64,000 bases of DNA from Octopus vulgaris (Eukaryota). Below the pieces are notes generated by a model that ran no database searches, was not told where the DNA came from, and saw nothing but the letters and a program-made list of their open reading frames with translations. Shown here piece by piece: positions 1 through 13,856 of the stretch. The position numbers and the translations under genes were made by a program. The stretch spans positions 44,640,001-44,704,000 of the forward strand of contig OX597824.1 of the NCBI GenBank assembly GCA_951406725.2, written 5' to 3'. How positions within the stretch are numbered: the stretch's first letter is position 1; each line of letters starts with the position of its first letter.

Positions 1-64
1 GGTTGTCCTGAAATAGGAGTTGCGGTTCTATTGGTAAAATCCCAAATTTGTAATAATATATATA

Positions 65-1440
65 TTAGGGGTACTGAAAAATAATGTTACCTTGCCAAGC
101 AAATTGTCTGATGTCATACCACAAACAGTTTACAAGCCAATAATAGGTGTCCTTGCAATCAACCAAAAAGTATAGAGTTAATGACCAAATGTTAATGTAG
201 AAATGTAGTGTGTGTATATGTGCTATGTCTGACAGCCCATAGAAAATGAGGCTTCCAAAGGTGATTTAACAAAATTTGGATTGATACCCATCCAATATTT
301 TGAATGAGTATTGATCAGGAAGACCAACTGTTCTGAATAATGACGCAATGAAAAGAGCAATTTAAGAGGATCTGCATCAAAATATCAGAGACTTAATCCT
401 TAGGCTTAGTAAACCTTGGTCCACTGTGCAAGAATCTCCAACAGAATGGGAAAGTGTATAGAGAAAGGAAGTGGATTTCCCCCCATGAATAAAGCAATGC
501 TTTTAACAATTTGCTAATCAGGAATGAATAAACCCCTTTTTCTTAACTGAATTGTAATAGGTGATGAGAAACGGATATTCTATGTCAACAATAAGCATAA
601 GTAGCAAGTTCCAACACTCAAACCAGATCTACACCTAAAAAAAGATTTTGCTGTGCATTTGTTAGAATACTATAGGCATTGTTCACTTTGAATTATTGGA
701 ACAACAGAAAAGCATCACTACAGAACTTTATTGTCAACAACTTAAACATGCCAATCACATTCTGCTCAAAAAACAACTAGTTCTAGTCAACAGAAAACAT
801 GCTGAAACATGATAATACAAGGCCACATTCAGTGAAGCTAACCCATCATCATCGTTATCATCATCATTTAACGTCCGTTTTCCATGCTGGCATGTATTGA
901 ATGGTTTGACTGGGGACTGGCAAGCTAGGAGGCTGCACCAGGCCCCAATCTGACCTGGCGAGGTTTCTACAGCGGGATGCCCTTCCTAACACCAACCTCT
1001 CTGTGAGTGTAGTGTGTGCTTTTTATGTGCCACTGGCATGAGGGCTTGTCAGGCAACACTGGCATCGGCCATGTTCAGATGGTGCTTTTTATGTGCCAGC
1101 AGCATGGGGAGCCAGTCGGGACAGGGTGGGGCTAAAATGAATTCATTAGGCTGGGAAGCTCCATCTCATCCTCCACTTATACAGGTCACTTCAACATTTC
1201 ATCAGTGGAAAAGCATTCAGAAGCAGGAAAGTGTTCAAACAGCACTCCAAACATTTTCCTCTTTCATCTTCTCAAGAAACTGATTGTTTTTTTCACTAAT
1301 GAATAAAATATCTGATTTCAAGGTGGGGAAATATTGCTAATGATAGCAATTATGCTTTGAATGAAAAAATATATTTACAATGTTTTATGCTGATTTGAAT
1401 TCATTACATGAAATGCAACATTGTTTTTCAGTACTCCTAA
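65..1440 (+). mobile_element. Degenerate mariner (Tc1/mariner) DNA transposon with both TIRs, interrupted by an RTE LINE 3' tail
   Basis: TIRs TTAGGGGTACTGAAAAATAATGTTAC (65-90) and the reverse complement TTAGGAGTACTGAAAAACAATGTTGC (1415-1440), each flanked by TA. Broken transposase motifs IVIGDEKRIFYVN, IVHFELL, HDNTRPH and LGWEAPSHPP. Confidence 0.9.
844..1125 (-). mobile_element. RTE LINE 3' tail nested in the mariner
   Basis: (CAT)n-TTTAACGTCCGTTTTCCATGCTGGCATG end matches the 3' end of the RTE copies at 33794-34911 and 62910-64000. Confidence 0.8.
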
Positions 1441-1489
1441 TATATAGATATATATGATACATGTGTACCTGTGGTTTTTCATCTTATAG

Positions 1490-1572
1490 TGATAAAAGCA
1501 GCAAAAGGGCTCGTGACCTTCATCTGCTTAAGAAACTGAAGACTCTTTTAAAAGAATGTAACGAAGAATCAG
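1490..1572 (+). CDS. RAB3GAP2: RAB3GAP2 exon (first in window; gene incomplete at 5')
   Basis: AG/GT boundaries. Encodes DKSSKRARDLHLLKKLKTLLKECNEES, which resembles the recalled vertebrate RAB3GAP2 segment SDKKSERAKDMHLVKKL. Confidence 0.9.
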
Positions 1573-2720
1573 GTAAATTCCATTGTTTATATTTATCAAT
1601 ATATTGATTTGTTCTCTTTTACATATAATGATTTTTTTTACCAAATTCTGTATATTTTATTTTTTTCTTATATTTCATGAAAGGTCACTGGTTTATTTTA
1701 ACAATCATGACTAAGATAATACTAGAATACTGCCTTCATAAATTGTTTCTTAAATTTATTTTGACCTTTTACCATACTTTCAGAGAAGTTGGTGGGAAAG
1801 TTATTTTTATATACAATGAGCTTCTTTCAGTTTCCATTTACCAAATCCACTCGCAAGGATTTAGTCAGCTCAGGCCTTTTGTAAAAGATGTCTGAGGTGC
1901 TATGCTGTTTAGCTGAACCAGAAACTGCTCAGTTGCAAAGAGAACATCTTAACTATACAGCTATGTCTGTGCTTAGATTATAAAATGTACAGCTTACTTC
2001 AGAAGTAAAGGGGAATAGTCTGAAGGGCAGTCAAATGGGAAAGTGACTTCTTGTAATCAGTTGCTGTAAAGGGGTCATCTAGAAATTATAATGGAGAAAA
2101 TACTCCTACAATGAACCACCAGTGTATAAAAAATAAACAGATAAACTTCATTTTCAACACCAAAGGTGTTGTGTAGAAGTTCTTTGTGAAGAAACAAGTT
2201 ATATATAAATGCATTGTTACAAAAGCTAAAGTAAGAATCTTAATGCAGTAGATGTGATCAGAGTACTTTCCAATGTCACAAAAACAATTGACTGCTGCAC
2301 AACATTGAAGTTTATAACTGAATTTTGTAAAGTTTACTTAGTGTTTATGAAGTTGAAGGACATCAGAAGAGATCATTTGGGGTTTGATGATAGAAAAGTA
2401 GGTGTAATGAATGAAGGTTACAAACCAAGATGCAAAATTTATTGATAACTTAATTAGAAAATTTGTCATGTAAAGGGTCTATAAAAAATTCATTTGTAAT
2501 TTAATTTAAAAGTTTGTGAAAAGGAGAGCTTATACTAAAAAATGATTTCAATTCAGTTTTTAATTTAATCAAATTATTTGTATTTCATCTGATTCAAGAA
2601 GGGATTAGGTTTTAATTTGAATGTGAATGTTCAGCTTATCCTTATATACACAGGTGGAATCTGTGTATGTATGCTGTTTTCATATATTGTGATAAATTAT
2701 TGTATTGTCTTTTAATTCAG

Positions 2721-2785
2721 AGAGCTTGAAATCGACTGTGAAAGAGACACTTTTAGACATGAAGATTTCCAGTATTGCTCAACAA
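2721..2785 (+). CDS. RAB3GAP2: RAB3GAP2 exon
   Basis: ttcag|...|gtaagt. ESLKSTVKETLLDMKISSIAQQ. Phase-consistent with neighbouring exons. Confidence 0.85.
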
Positions 2786-3166
2786 GTAAGTGTTATTTTT
2801 TGTTATTTTGGTTTTTTATAACATTTTTTCTTTGTCTTATTTTGTAAGTTTGTAAACAATTTCAGGTCAGTATTCTTAAATAAAAGAAACAAATTATTTA
2901 AATATCTATAAATAACAAAAGTAGCAACTTTTTTTTGCAGTTACTTATTCTCATAAGTTAAATTAGGATGACTTTTACATAAAATATCAAGCTGTGAAGT
3001 ATGAGATATGAGAAAATTAAGGTTGTTAAATGTTATGTTCTTGTTCTTCACAGTGGATTTAATACCATTAGTGAAATAATTCTAGTCAAAAAGACAATCT
3101 TTGTGTTTTAGAAAGAATGAAGTTATTTCTTAACTGATTTTTTGATTTCCTTTTGTCTCACTTCAG

Positions 3167-3257
3167 GGAGTTGAGCGAGTCTTGAATACAAAATACTTAT
3201 CAACAGTAACAATGCAAAACATCATAAGAGGCTGCATAAATCAAATGAGTGGTAAAG
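3167..3257 (+). CDS. RAB3GAP2: RAB3GAP2 exon
   Basis: cttcag|...|gtaatt. GVERVLNTKYLSTVTMQNIIRGCINQMSGK. Confidence 0.85.
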
Positions 3258-4507
3258 GTAATTACACCTTTATTACATCAGTTTTCTCTGAATTAGTTTT
3301 TACAAGTATTGCCATCTTTTAATAAATAGTCTTTTTCATGAGTTTATCCATCTATCCATTCTCCACTATTCCTGAGAGAATCCTCAGGCACATTCTCTTT
3401 AGGATCTTATCAGAAACAACTGCCATTACACTTTCCGGCTGGATTCCCAAGCATAACCAACTGAGTCTATGGATATAATGCAACCATCTCAATCTATGTC
3501 TATTTCTAAGTCTCCTGCTAGTTGGTGCAGCTAGAAAAATTCATCTTGCAATTCATTCCTGTGACTTTCAAATCACATATCCATAGTACCAGAGCTGTGA
3601 CCTGGCTTTGAGAGACTCCCTGATCTCCAAGCTACACACCCTTTTGAGTAACATTACCCAAGAAATCTTTCAGAGAAATTCTATTTCGCCCCTCTGTATT
3701 TGCAGTTGTACTCTTTCAGTCATTACCCAACATGAATTTATTGCTTATTAATCAATACCAATCTCATGTTGATCATGCCAATGGACTGTTGGATGGAAAA
3801 GAGAATCCACTGATACTATTGGATTAATCAGGTGGTTTGCAATTCATCAGCTTCATAATTTTTAATTTATCTCTAATATATTTTCATCTCCTGTTCTTGG
3901 CAACTCTTGCATAAGTTTAAAGATTATTCTAGTTTTTTTACATTTCTAACTGTTCAGGAAACACACCTTGTCACTGAATAAAATCTTATCCCACCGAAAA
4001 GATTTTGCTATCCACAAACATCTTTTTAACGTAATTAGTTTCCAACTTAATTTTTCTCTTGAGTGGTTAATTGTAGGAAAATATGCATTAATTTGTTAAA
4101 GCATGTCTTACAATATGCAAATATCCAAATTTGAAAAAAACTACTCCATTCATGATAGTATGAAAAGAATTATTGTGAAGCAGTTTTTTTAAAAATAATT
4201 TTATCTTGTCAACATCCAACATCCATTTTCCATGCTGGCATGGGCTGGACAGTGTAACAGGAGTTGGCCAGCCAGTGTACTGCACCAAGCTCCAATTGTC
4301 TGTTTGGCATAATTTCTACAGCTGGATACCCTTCCTACACCAACCACTTTACAGTGTACTGGGTGCTTGGGTGCTTTTTATGTGGCACTAAATAATATAT
4401 CTCATGATCTTTTGAATAAATCTTGTAATCTGAATTCACTTTTAGCCATCATATTGGAGTTTGAAGGAACATCATTCATGAATTATAATGTTTTTTCTTC
4501 TTTACAG

Positions 4508-4647
4508 CTGAAGAAGCTCTTGACATCGACAGTCGCCTCTTCCTGTTGTTCTGTCAGTCTCAAAACCAGTTACTGCGCACATATAGCATGCTTGATAAAA
4601 CAAAATCTACATGTTATGAACCAAAACCTATCAGTAATGTAGAACAG
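4508..4647 (+). CDS. RAB3GAP2: RAB3GAP2 exon
   Basis: tttacag|...|gtaatt. AEEALDIDSRLFLLFCQSQNQLLRTYSMLDKTKSTCYEPKPISNVEQ. Confidence 0.85.
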
Positions 4648-5166
4648 GTAATTAAAAATCTTTTGATTTTAAATCTATTTTCATTTGTTAACATAAATGC
4701 AATGCATTATTTCCAACATGGATATTTGTGTATGAATTATTTGAGCAATAGTTTTCTTCCTTTTGTTCATAGCTTACTATTATAAGCTCTTAGTTGGGAG
4801 AGAGAAATAGATCTTCAAATCACACATTTCCATCTTAAAGAAAGTTAATGTATATTACAATCCATACACCTACATACACTATTTGAAATATACTGAGGCA
4901 AAATGGCTGAGTTCCTTTCAAGTGTTGGGCCTCACGGAGGCAATGACCAAGAGCTTTGGCATTATATCGAGCTTGAGAAGAAGGCCTATCAAGCCAAGCA
5001 AAATCACAGACATGGCAGATGCACAGGGGATAAAGAACAATTGGGCTTACAAATGATAATTCTCCGTTTGTATAAAATCTCTTACCAGACCTTGTTGGTG
5101 ATTTTGTTCACCTCTCTCTCTCTCTCTGTTTTTAAAAGAATTCTTTTTTTTTTCTTCATTTCGTAG

Positions 5167-5476
5167 CACTTAATGAATATTTTATCTGCAACAAAATCTG
5201 AAATAGAGCATGTGCTCCGGCAACTAATTGCCTATGATGCACCCAATAACTTCAACACTTCTGCAGTCCAGTGCACTGTTACATTTGAAGAACAACCAAT
5301 GTCAGTGACCAACTTCCTTAGTTGCTTTGAATATCCACTACATCGTCAGGAATCACAGACAGATAGTTCACAATCCTCACCATCTCCCTCAACTCTTAGT
5401 GTAAGCTCTTCTGGTGGAAATTTACCTATTGTGTCCAAAATCAGAAAAATTCCAGAAGATAAGAAAAATGCACTTT
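5167..5476 (+). CDS. RAB3GAP2: RAB3GAP2 exon
   Basis: Pyrimidine tract and cgtag|...|gtaagt. HLMNILSATKSEIEHVLRQ...MSVTNFLSCFEY...KIPEDKKNAL (overlaps ORF 5173-5697). Confidence 0.88.
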
Positions 5477-6061
5477 GTAAGTATACAACATTGCCTATCA
5501 TTTTCTTTCTCTTCACTTTCGCATTTTTGCCTACATCTAGAAGTTTTAGGAAAAAAAAATCTACTTCAGTGCTCTGTAGTTCTATCCCCCTCTTAAAAGG
5601 TTGGATGTGTAAGCTGAAGGTGTTCAGGATCAACTTTGTTTTCATTCCTCTGAAGTTAGCTATTGTAAATACCTTAGTTTTCATTCATTTTATTTAATTT
5701 TTTTCCCTGCTAGCTTGGGTTGATGAATACTTACTGTAGCATTGTTTTACAGCCAGATACCTTTCCTGTTACTAACACTTACCTGTTTTTTCAAGTAAGG
5801 GGTTTTTGATGTAAGGGTTCAAGTAAGGGATTTTTGATGGCAAGTAATAACTTCCATCAAAAATTCAGAGCTAGAGGGCAATTTGTTGACAAGGAATGTC
5901 AATATAACATTACTTTTTACTCAACTTTTACAAGTAACGAATCAGAATGTAAATATTCACACACACATAGGATTTTCATAGTTTCCACCTACCACTTTCA
6001 CTCACAAGACATTGGATGACCAAAGGCTACAGTAGAAACACTTGCTTAATGCTTGTATAAG

Positions 6062-6288
6062 TAACCCTTTAGTATTCAGATTACTCTGTCAAATGTAATG
6101 CTTATCTATTCACATTATTTTGAATTAATTATGCATTATCTTGTAGCTTTGAGATTTCGATGATGTGATTCTTTAGTTTTAGAGTGACATTTTAGGGTAG
6201 ATATGGGAGGCCAGATCTGGCTAGTTTAAACATAAAACAGTTAGAATATATGGGCTGGATATGGCTGGTTTAAATGTTAAAGGGTTAA
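6062..6288. mobile_element. piggyBac-type MITE (CCCTTTA termini, TTAA-like target)
   Basis: TAACCCTTTAGTATT...AATGTTAAAGGGTTAA. A second copy lies in the opposite orientation at 30702-30921. Confidence 0.7.
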
Positions 6289-7354
6289 GTAATTACTGTT
6301 CTCTGTATCATAACTCATATTTATTGAACGGTGTTGGTGATTCCCAAAATCCATTGGGCTTTAGAGGAATCACTGAAGACTTTATGTAGTATATATATAA
6401 TTTGTAGGGCAAGTTTGCTTACCAGAGCTAATCCTTTTCCAAGCTATACTTTCTAAATCAGTTGAATTTAGTATAGCATCATTTTTACAGTTCTGCTGAT
6501 GATTGTGGAAAAGTTAATAAGTAAGACAGACACTACCAAACAAACCATTGTGATATGATGGAAAATTTCATTTGTGCTTTGCTTATGTAGAAACTATTTT
6601 CCCCATTAACAGTTGCTATTCAAAATTATAGATAAAGTAAAGTAATGGTTTCCAATGATGTACAATGTTGTCTGTTTATTGGAAGGATTTCTTTTATAAA
6701 AAGATGAAAAATGACACTAAAGAATCTCATTCATTTGTATGCTGCTTATAGATCTCCATCTAAGTGTTAATGATTTCTTTCATCAAAACAAGGCCACAAA
6801 TTTATTGTGCAGTATTGTAATCAATTGAATTGATCCTAATAATTTAATTGGTGCTTATTTTATCTAATCCAAAAGGAGTGAGAAGTCAATCCCCTTTAGA
6901 TTTGAATCACCATAAAAAATATCAGCTAAACACTGTAAAACATTTAGATCACTACTCTATTACATCTGTTAATCAACCACCTAACATTTACATTACTAAT
7001 AACCAGTACCCTAAGCTATGTAACACAATGTCCATGTAATAATTGATAAAAATAGTCACCATGTAAAAAGCACCCAGTACACTCTGTAAAGTGGTTGATG
7101 TTAGGAAGGACATCCAAATGTAGAAACCATGTTAAAGCAGACTGTAGAGCTTGACATACTCCTCTGGTTTGCCAGCTTCTGTCAAACCATCCAATCCATA
7201 CAAGTATAGAAAATGGATGTTAAATGGTAGCAGATGTGGTGGTGAAATCAGTCAGATTCAATCTAGTTCATTCAATTATTTGAACAGAGTTGATCTATAA
7301 AATATTGCAAAAATTCTCATTTGGATTCTATTGAATATATATATATTTGCATAT

Positions 7355-7910
7355 ACAGTAATACCTAACTTTACTAGGATCCACTTTATGAGACCCCAGG
7401 TTTACAAGTTTTATTTTTCAAGCACAAGATCGAAATCTTGAATGAAGTGCAAAAGTTTCTACTACCATAATAAATGCTTCTTCATGTTACTGAGAAATTT
7501 ATAGAGTGAAAAAAAGCTTCTAAGCAAACAACTCTAGATTTATTTTTTAAAAAGAAATCTACAAGTCTGTCTACGAGTGCTTGTGAATCTGCAGTAGTGT
7601 CTACAAGTGATGGTGTGCGCGAGTCTAGTGCAAGTGAAGTGATTCAGAAAACGATTATAATAATAATATTTTTTTATTATAAATGATCTTGACATTCTTT
7701 TTACTTTACATAAAATATTCTTTACATTCCACTGTTGTTTTATTGCCATTTATTTACAAGTATTATAAATTTTATAGGTAAAATATTTTTCTGAGAACAA
7801 ATTACAATTTATAACATTGCTATTATGGGAAATTGTTGCTCTGCTTTACAAGTTTTCACTTTATGAGCAGTCTCCAGGATTAAACCAACTTGTATATCAA
7901 GGTATTACTA
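7355..7910. mobile_element. pogo/Tigger-like MITE
   Basis: TA-CAGTAATACCT at the left end and AGGTATTACTATA at the right end form imperfect TIRs. No ORF. Confidence 0.55.
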
Positions 7911-8537
7911 TATATGAGCACACAATCACAAATGCCAGGATCTGCCTAAACTCAATCAAAACAGTTATGTTACATTTTACTTTTCTTTTTTAACAGTTTT
8001 CCTCTGTTGTAAAAAATTTAATCAAATGAATATTATTCTTTTACTTAATAATAAGCTCCACTTTATTGATTCTGTGGTGTATGAATGGCAAGATTGATTT
8101 CAACATATTTGAATGTTGAGTACACAGGGAAAAAAATAATATTCTGTAAGGTCTACTAGTGATGTTTAATTTTTTTGGCAACCCATCACTGAAACTCACT
8201 GTGAAGCAACAAAACATATACTCATTTCTTTTTGATCAAGCTCAAATACTCTTCATTTTAGAGAAGGATAAGGTGAGAAGTTATAGCATTTATGACTTTA
8301 GTGAACGTAGGTAAACAGCTAACTGAAATTGTGCAATTGATGAATTTTAAGAAATTAATGATTTCTCAAATTGGTACAAGGTCACAAATTGAGACAGAGG
8401 GTTATGGTCAATTGAATCAACCTGAATGCAGGTTATACTGGAAGAATGAAAATGAAAGTTACCTCCAACAGGGTTTGAACACAAAATATAGATGACTTGA
8501 ATGAAATACTAGAATTTTCTCTTGTTTTCACTTTCAG

Positions 8538-8635
8538 GTGATTTATTTTATGATGGGTGCTTATCAAATAAAGTTAGTGCTGAAGATTTAAGCAGAATAC
8601 TTCAAGACTGTGCTATACCTCCTGATCATCTCATG
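8538..8635 (+). CDS. RAB3GAP2: RAB3GAP2 exon
   Basis: tttcag|...|gtgagt. CDLFYDGCLSNKVSAEDLSRILQDCAIPPDHLM. Confidence 0.88.
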
Positions 8636-9298
8636 GTGAGTATAGATACAATTGTCATAATATATCCTGAAAGACTTCATTAACTTCAATTTGTGTGTGT
8701 GTGAGAGAGAGAGATTCTAATATTTTGAAATACTTAGTTAATACTCAGAGAATATTTCCCATTAAGTTCTTGAAGTTTCTTTTCTTGTGGGACTTGAAAA
8801 CATTTAAAGATAATGAAATAAGATTGTAAAGAGGTGGAATTTCAAGTTGTTTTAGTTTGTGGAAAAGAAGTTATAGACATTCCATGTTGAAACTGTAATA
8901 GCAGTACAGGCTTAGCTGTGTTAAAGAATCTTGCTTTTACAACTATATGGTTCCACATTTAAACTCGCTACACAACACTTCTAGTAAATATGTTCAACTA
9001 TAGCCTTGAATTAACCAATATTTTGTGGATGAAATTTGGTGGGTAAAACCAATAGTGGCCCATCATATGTATATATCTGTGTTGTGGTTTGTGCTTATAT
9101 TGTATCCCTTTATGTCCTGGAACTAACTAAGTGGTTTGACAAAGAGAATTAATATAAGCACCAGACTAAACTAAGTACTGGGATCAGTATTCTGTTTATG
9201 ATGGTACTAGTAATCAATAATTTTGAAATCCCATATATCCCTTTCTCACTCTTTTTTTTTATAGCCATTTTTTGTTCTTCTTTTTCCTCTCTCTGCAG

Positions 9299-9398
9299 GA
9301 CCTGTTACAACACTACTGGCTATCGAGTGACAATAGAAATATTGAAACCCAAGTCTATAATTTATACCATGTCATTTTAACTTTGACTAGAATGTCTG
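9299..9398 (+). CDS. RAB3GAP2: RAB3GAP2 exon
   Basis: Long pyrimidine tract, tgcag|...|gtaagt. DLLQHYWLSSDNRNIETQVYNLYHVILTLTRMS. Confidence 0.88.
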
Positions 9399-10329
9399 GT
9401 AAGTTTTCTCTCTGTAGTGCCATATTTATGGATATGCAGCTTCTGTAGAATTTGTGAATTTAGCATGTGTCTTTCTAGGTTATTGATAGTTAATTCTTAT
9501 ATGCTACTTAAGTTTTTCAATCTTGCAAGTTACAAGGTGACCCCCATTAATGGTTGGTGTTTGGAAGGGCATACAGCCATAGAAATCATGCCAAATGGTG
9601 CTGGAGCAAGACATGGTCTTCTGACCTTTGGGATCCTGTCAAAACGTCCAACCCATACTAGTTTGGGAAGCAGATGTAAAATGGTGGTGGTGGCGTCGGC
9701 GGCGTCTCCTCTCAATAAACTGACAACTTTATTAATTGTGAGAATCATGGGCTCTCCAGTCTCACAGAAACATTTACTCATCTGCCTTTTAAAGCAAATT
9801 GAAGTGAAGGTATCAAGTGTTTTATTTCCGCCTATGGCCTGTAAATGGATTATTGATTCTATTGCCAGATGAAAGATGGTTAAATGTATTGCTATTCTGT
9901 AGAGTAACCCAACTTAATACTCATTGAAATACCAAAAGACACTGTCTGTGAAGTTTTCTACTTAAAATGTGGTCATAAGTTCAAATTTTTGCTGTTGAGT
10001 TTTGTATTTGTAGTTGAAGCATATTTCCTTCCTAACCATAATCTATCTGCATAATAATATGTAGCATCTCTACTTAATGAAATAATTAAATATATACTTA
10101 CACAATTAATTCAAAGTTAATTTAGGTTTTATTGATTACTTCTTACCTTACTAACTCTTAACACCAACCTGAGACTGCTCCTTATTCTATGATATAAACT
10201 TTCTGTTTTAAAGTGATGTAAAATAAATTCCATCAAAATTTTATATTAATTTATGTTCCAAACACCAGTTTAAGCATAACAAAGTTATTCTACTAAATTC
10301 CTCATTAATTTCAAAATTAACTGAAAAGT

Positions 10330-10772
10330 AGGGATGAGGTGGTGAAATATGATCTTCAGATGTTGAATCTCATGGAAGCAATAACAAATGACCAAAAACG
10401 TTTGGCAGTTTGCTGTGCTTGAGAAGACACGTCAAGCTAAGTGAAATTGTAGTCATGGCCAGTGCTGGTGATGTGTAAAAGGCACCCATGCCACTGACAT
10501 GCAAAAGGCACCCATGCTAGTGACATGTAAAGGCACCTGTGCTGGTCACACATAAAGGGTACCCATGTTAGTGATATTAAAAGGTACTCATGCCAGTGAC
10601 ACATAAAAGATACCTGGTACACTATGGAGTGGTTGGCATTAGGAGGGGCATCCAGCCATAGAAACCAAGCCCAAACAGACAAGCCTGGTACAGCTCTCTG
10701 GCTTACCAATTCCAGTCAAGCCATCTAACTTATGCCAGCATGGAAAATGAATGCTAAGTGATCATGATGAAA
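10330..10772 (+). mobile_element. RTE LINE 3' fragment with a ~26-bp tandem array, inserted in a piggyBac-type MITE (~10152-10813)
   Basis: GATGAGGTGGTGAAATATGATCTTCAG (end of ORF), then a GGCACCCATGCCAGTGACACATAAAA-type array and a GCATGGAAAATG...GATGA tail. Flanks match the MITE at 57720-57947. Confidence 0.7.
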
Positions 10773-11060
10773 GATTGCACGTTTCAACAGAAACATGGTA
10801 ACAAAAGGGTTAGGTAACATCTATGTAGTTTTAGTCAGATGAGTTTTTGTATGATCTATTCTTTCACATCATTGGCCTAAATTTATAGCCTGGAAAATTT
10901 AAATAAAAACTAAGTTGCATGCTGCATCAACTTTTCTGCTTTTCATGAATTTGTTACTTATAAACTGGCACCTTTTCCTTGCTGCTATTGTGTCTTTAAC
11001 AATTATTCCTCTGAATTATTCTCCAACAACAGTTCATATTGTAATTTACTTTTCTCTAAG

Positions 11061-11221
11061 ATACCAGTGATGTTATGACAAGTGTGGATTCAATTTCCCC
11101 ATGGTGGGAGAAAATAAGGGAAGCATGTACTCAGTCAACCAATTCCAGAGCTGCTTATATACTTGCATTGACTGCCCGAGGGGTTGCTATGGATATGATG
11201 ACCAGTAAAACTAAAGCTAAG
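11061..11221 (+). CDS. RAB3GAP2: RAB3GAP2 exon
   Basis: ctaag|...|gtaac. DTSDVMTSVDSISPWWEKIREACTQSTNSRAAYILALTARGVA; SPWW..R.AC.QS is a recognisable RAB3GAP2 motif. Confidence 0.93.
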
Positions 11222-11420
11222 GTAACATGTTCAATTTGTTATTGTTGCTGTACTTAATAAATGAAATAAAATAATAGATGTGTAATAGTTGAGTGTTTAA
11301 GGTACCTCAATATAAAATTGAAAGATTATAAAAATTATAGAACTGACCTGTATTTTGTGCCAATAATATATAAGGTAGAGAAATGGTATAACTTGCATGA
11401 TTGTTGTAATACTAGCACAG

Positions 11421-11458
<38 letters not shown>

Positions 11459-11942
11459 AGTACTTAGGCATAGTGATATTCAAACTCCTGAATTCATTTC
11501 CTACATACATTTATGCCTTTTCATTGGCAACGCTTTTATATGTGTGTGTGTGTGTATATATATATATGTAATGCTTTTCTCTGTATGTATATATAAATGT
11601 AAATGTTTTCCCAAATAAAATTGCTCTTCACAATGAAGCTTCAGTGAAACTAAGTGGTACACAAGCATTCAACTATGAGTGTATGACATCTTATAGCAGA
11701 AGCAGCAGTTAGCTAATGAAATTCATGACAGTTTCTTATATGTGTGTTAGATAGAAGCTATGGTACTTAGTGGCTGAATGATGCTTGTGTGCAGTACATT
11801 GAAGATGCTAACATATCATTTTGGAGATACCTACAGGCACAGGCCATTGTACTATAAACAACATAGTTGCCCTGTGATGGCTGAAGTACTAAATAGTTAA
11901 TTTAGTTAAACTGTATTCCAATATTTGTTTCAACTCTCTCAG

Positions 11943-12186
11943 GATCCAGATGCTGATACAGCAGACACAAGTCAGTCTGATAAAGCGGATAATGGTATAT
12001 CTGAATGGGAAGACGTGAGTGTTGATTATGAGAAATGGAATGTTTTGATACGACAACTTGAAGACACCTTGGCACTTAATAGTTTGCTGAAAATGAAGAT
12101 ACCGCCACCATCAATGTCTACCATTTCTAGTGCTGCCTCAGAACCATTGCTAGTTTCTGTTAGCCACCTACTGGATGGTGGAAGAG
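11943..12186 (+). CDS. RAB3GAP2: RAB3GAP2 exon
   Basis: ctcag|...|gtatgt. ...EWEDVSVDYEKWNVLIRQLEDTLALNSLL...SVSHLLDGGRG. Confidence 0.93.
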
Positions 12187-13700
12187 GTATGTTGAAACTT
12201 TATTTGCTTGTTTTTGTTTGTATGGTCGAGCAAGTGGTATTAATCAATGAGTTTTAAAGAATGTTCTCATGACATTGTGAGCTAAGGACATGAAATGAAT
12301 GTGTAAGATCAATGTGGTCAACAAACATGTTAAGCAGTTCCAGTTAGCATTTTCCATGGAGAATTACAGTAAGTAGGTAGCCAACAAAGTGTTAGAAGTG
12401 ATAAATAGATCTAGTTTGCTGGATAAGTCAGTCACTCTTTAATCTCACTTGAAGCCATGTTGTTTACTACATTATGCTAAATAGAAAAAAATGACTATAA
12501 CAATTTCAGTAGTAGCAGTGGCAATTACAACAATAGCAAAGACTATGGTAATAATATTGTGAAATGTCTTTGTTAAATAGCTATAACCATCTCTACTGAA
12601 TCAAACAAGGATATCCAACTGAACATGTTAGAATGACTTATTGTTCAAGTTCAGTAAACTTTGTCGTGCTTCAATCTGTTTTGGAACCACACTTCAAATA
12701 GTAATGGCTTATGACAGTTAATAGTAATTACAATAGTAATAGCATGACAGTTCAGCCCACACAGCCTGTTTTATTTATGTTTGGAGATTTGGGATGTTAT
12801 GCATTAGGAGCAGATAAAGAATTATAGTTGGAGAGTAACAGTAAACAGTAAAGTCATTTTTTTTTCATTGAGAAAATTTTTATGTCAGTATTTGATGATA
12901 GGGTTAAGAAAAAAAACGTGCAGAGAGGTGTAATTTTAAGGAATAACTATAAAATGTATAAATACATGGAAAAAGGACAAAGAACTTGAAGAAAAATCAT
13001 TAGATCTAACTTCATAAATATCTTCATCATGTACTTAATTTTGATTTGCAATGCATAAATCTGTATCTGTTTACATTCTGGTCACTGATTATATTGCCTT
13101 GAGCCAATAAGAGAGAGGTTTCTACATGGTTACTCAGCCTGCCAGAAATAGCATCTAAATATCCTTCAAATTACATCAAACTGTTTTAAGAATGAAGAAT
13201 AGATTAGATCATATAGCCTCAGATATATTGTTTCAAAAGAAATGAGAAGATCAAGGCTGGAATGCTTTGATGATAGATTAGCTCAGTCAGACTGACACAG
13301 GGCTAAACAACAGCAGCTATATTTTTTGTTCTCTAAGGCTGTTTGTTTCAAAATGTAAAGTGTTCTGCATATTAAGAGAGAGAGAGCAAAAGTTCATGAT
13401 TCCACAGTACCCTTTATACTCCATAAGTTTTATCTCCCATCTTTCTACCAATATATATGTAACTTAAACTATGATTCAATATACTCTAATCTTACGATTC
13501 ATACTTAATGTGCCATCATCTTTGTTGAACTTCTGTACACTTGTATGACTAAGTGAATAATATTGTGTTGGGAATACCTGTATCTTCTCAAAGGAAAATG
13601 CTTTATTCATAAACTTGGAACAACAATAATAATATAAAAATGAAGTAAAAATTCATAAACTAGATAAATATTACTTTATTTGTTAATTTTTTTTCAACAG

Positions 13701-13856
13701 GTTCTATACCTGAAATTGTTGCCAAGTTCATTAGCAGAGCTAACTTCTCTCATGAAGTATTAAATCGACCCAGAGGATTAGTATTATCAGAGACTGTCGA
13801 GATGGCTGAAGAACCATTGGAAAATATACATGTCAGATTTGAAGAACAATTTTTAG
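13701..13856 (+). CDS. RAB3GAP2: RAB3GAP2 exon
   Basis: caacag|...|gtaagc. GSIPEIVAKFISRANFSHEVLNRPRGLVLSETVEMAEEPLENIHVRFEEQFL. Confidence 0.9.

Noticed and set aside
9417-9872. 151-aa plus-strand ORF as a gene
   Set aside because: Intronic, includes an RTE tail fragment (~9550-9690), and has no recognisable domain.
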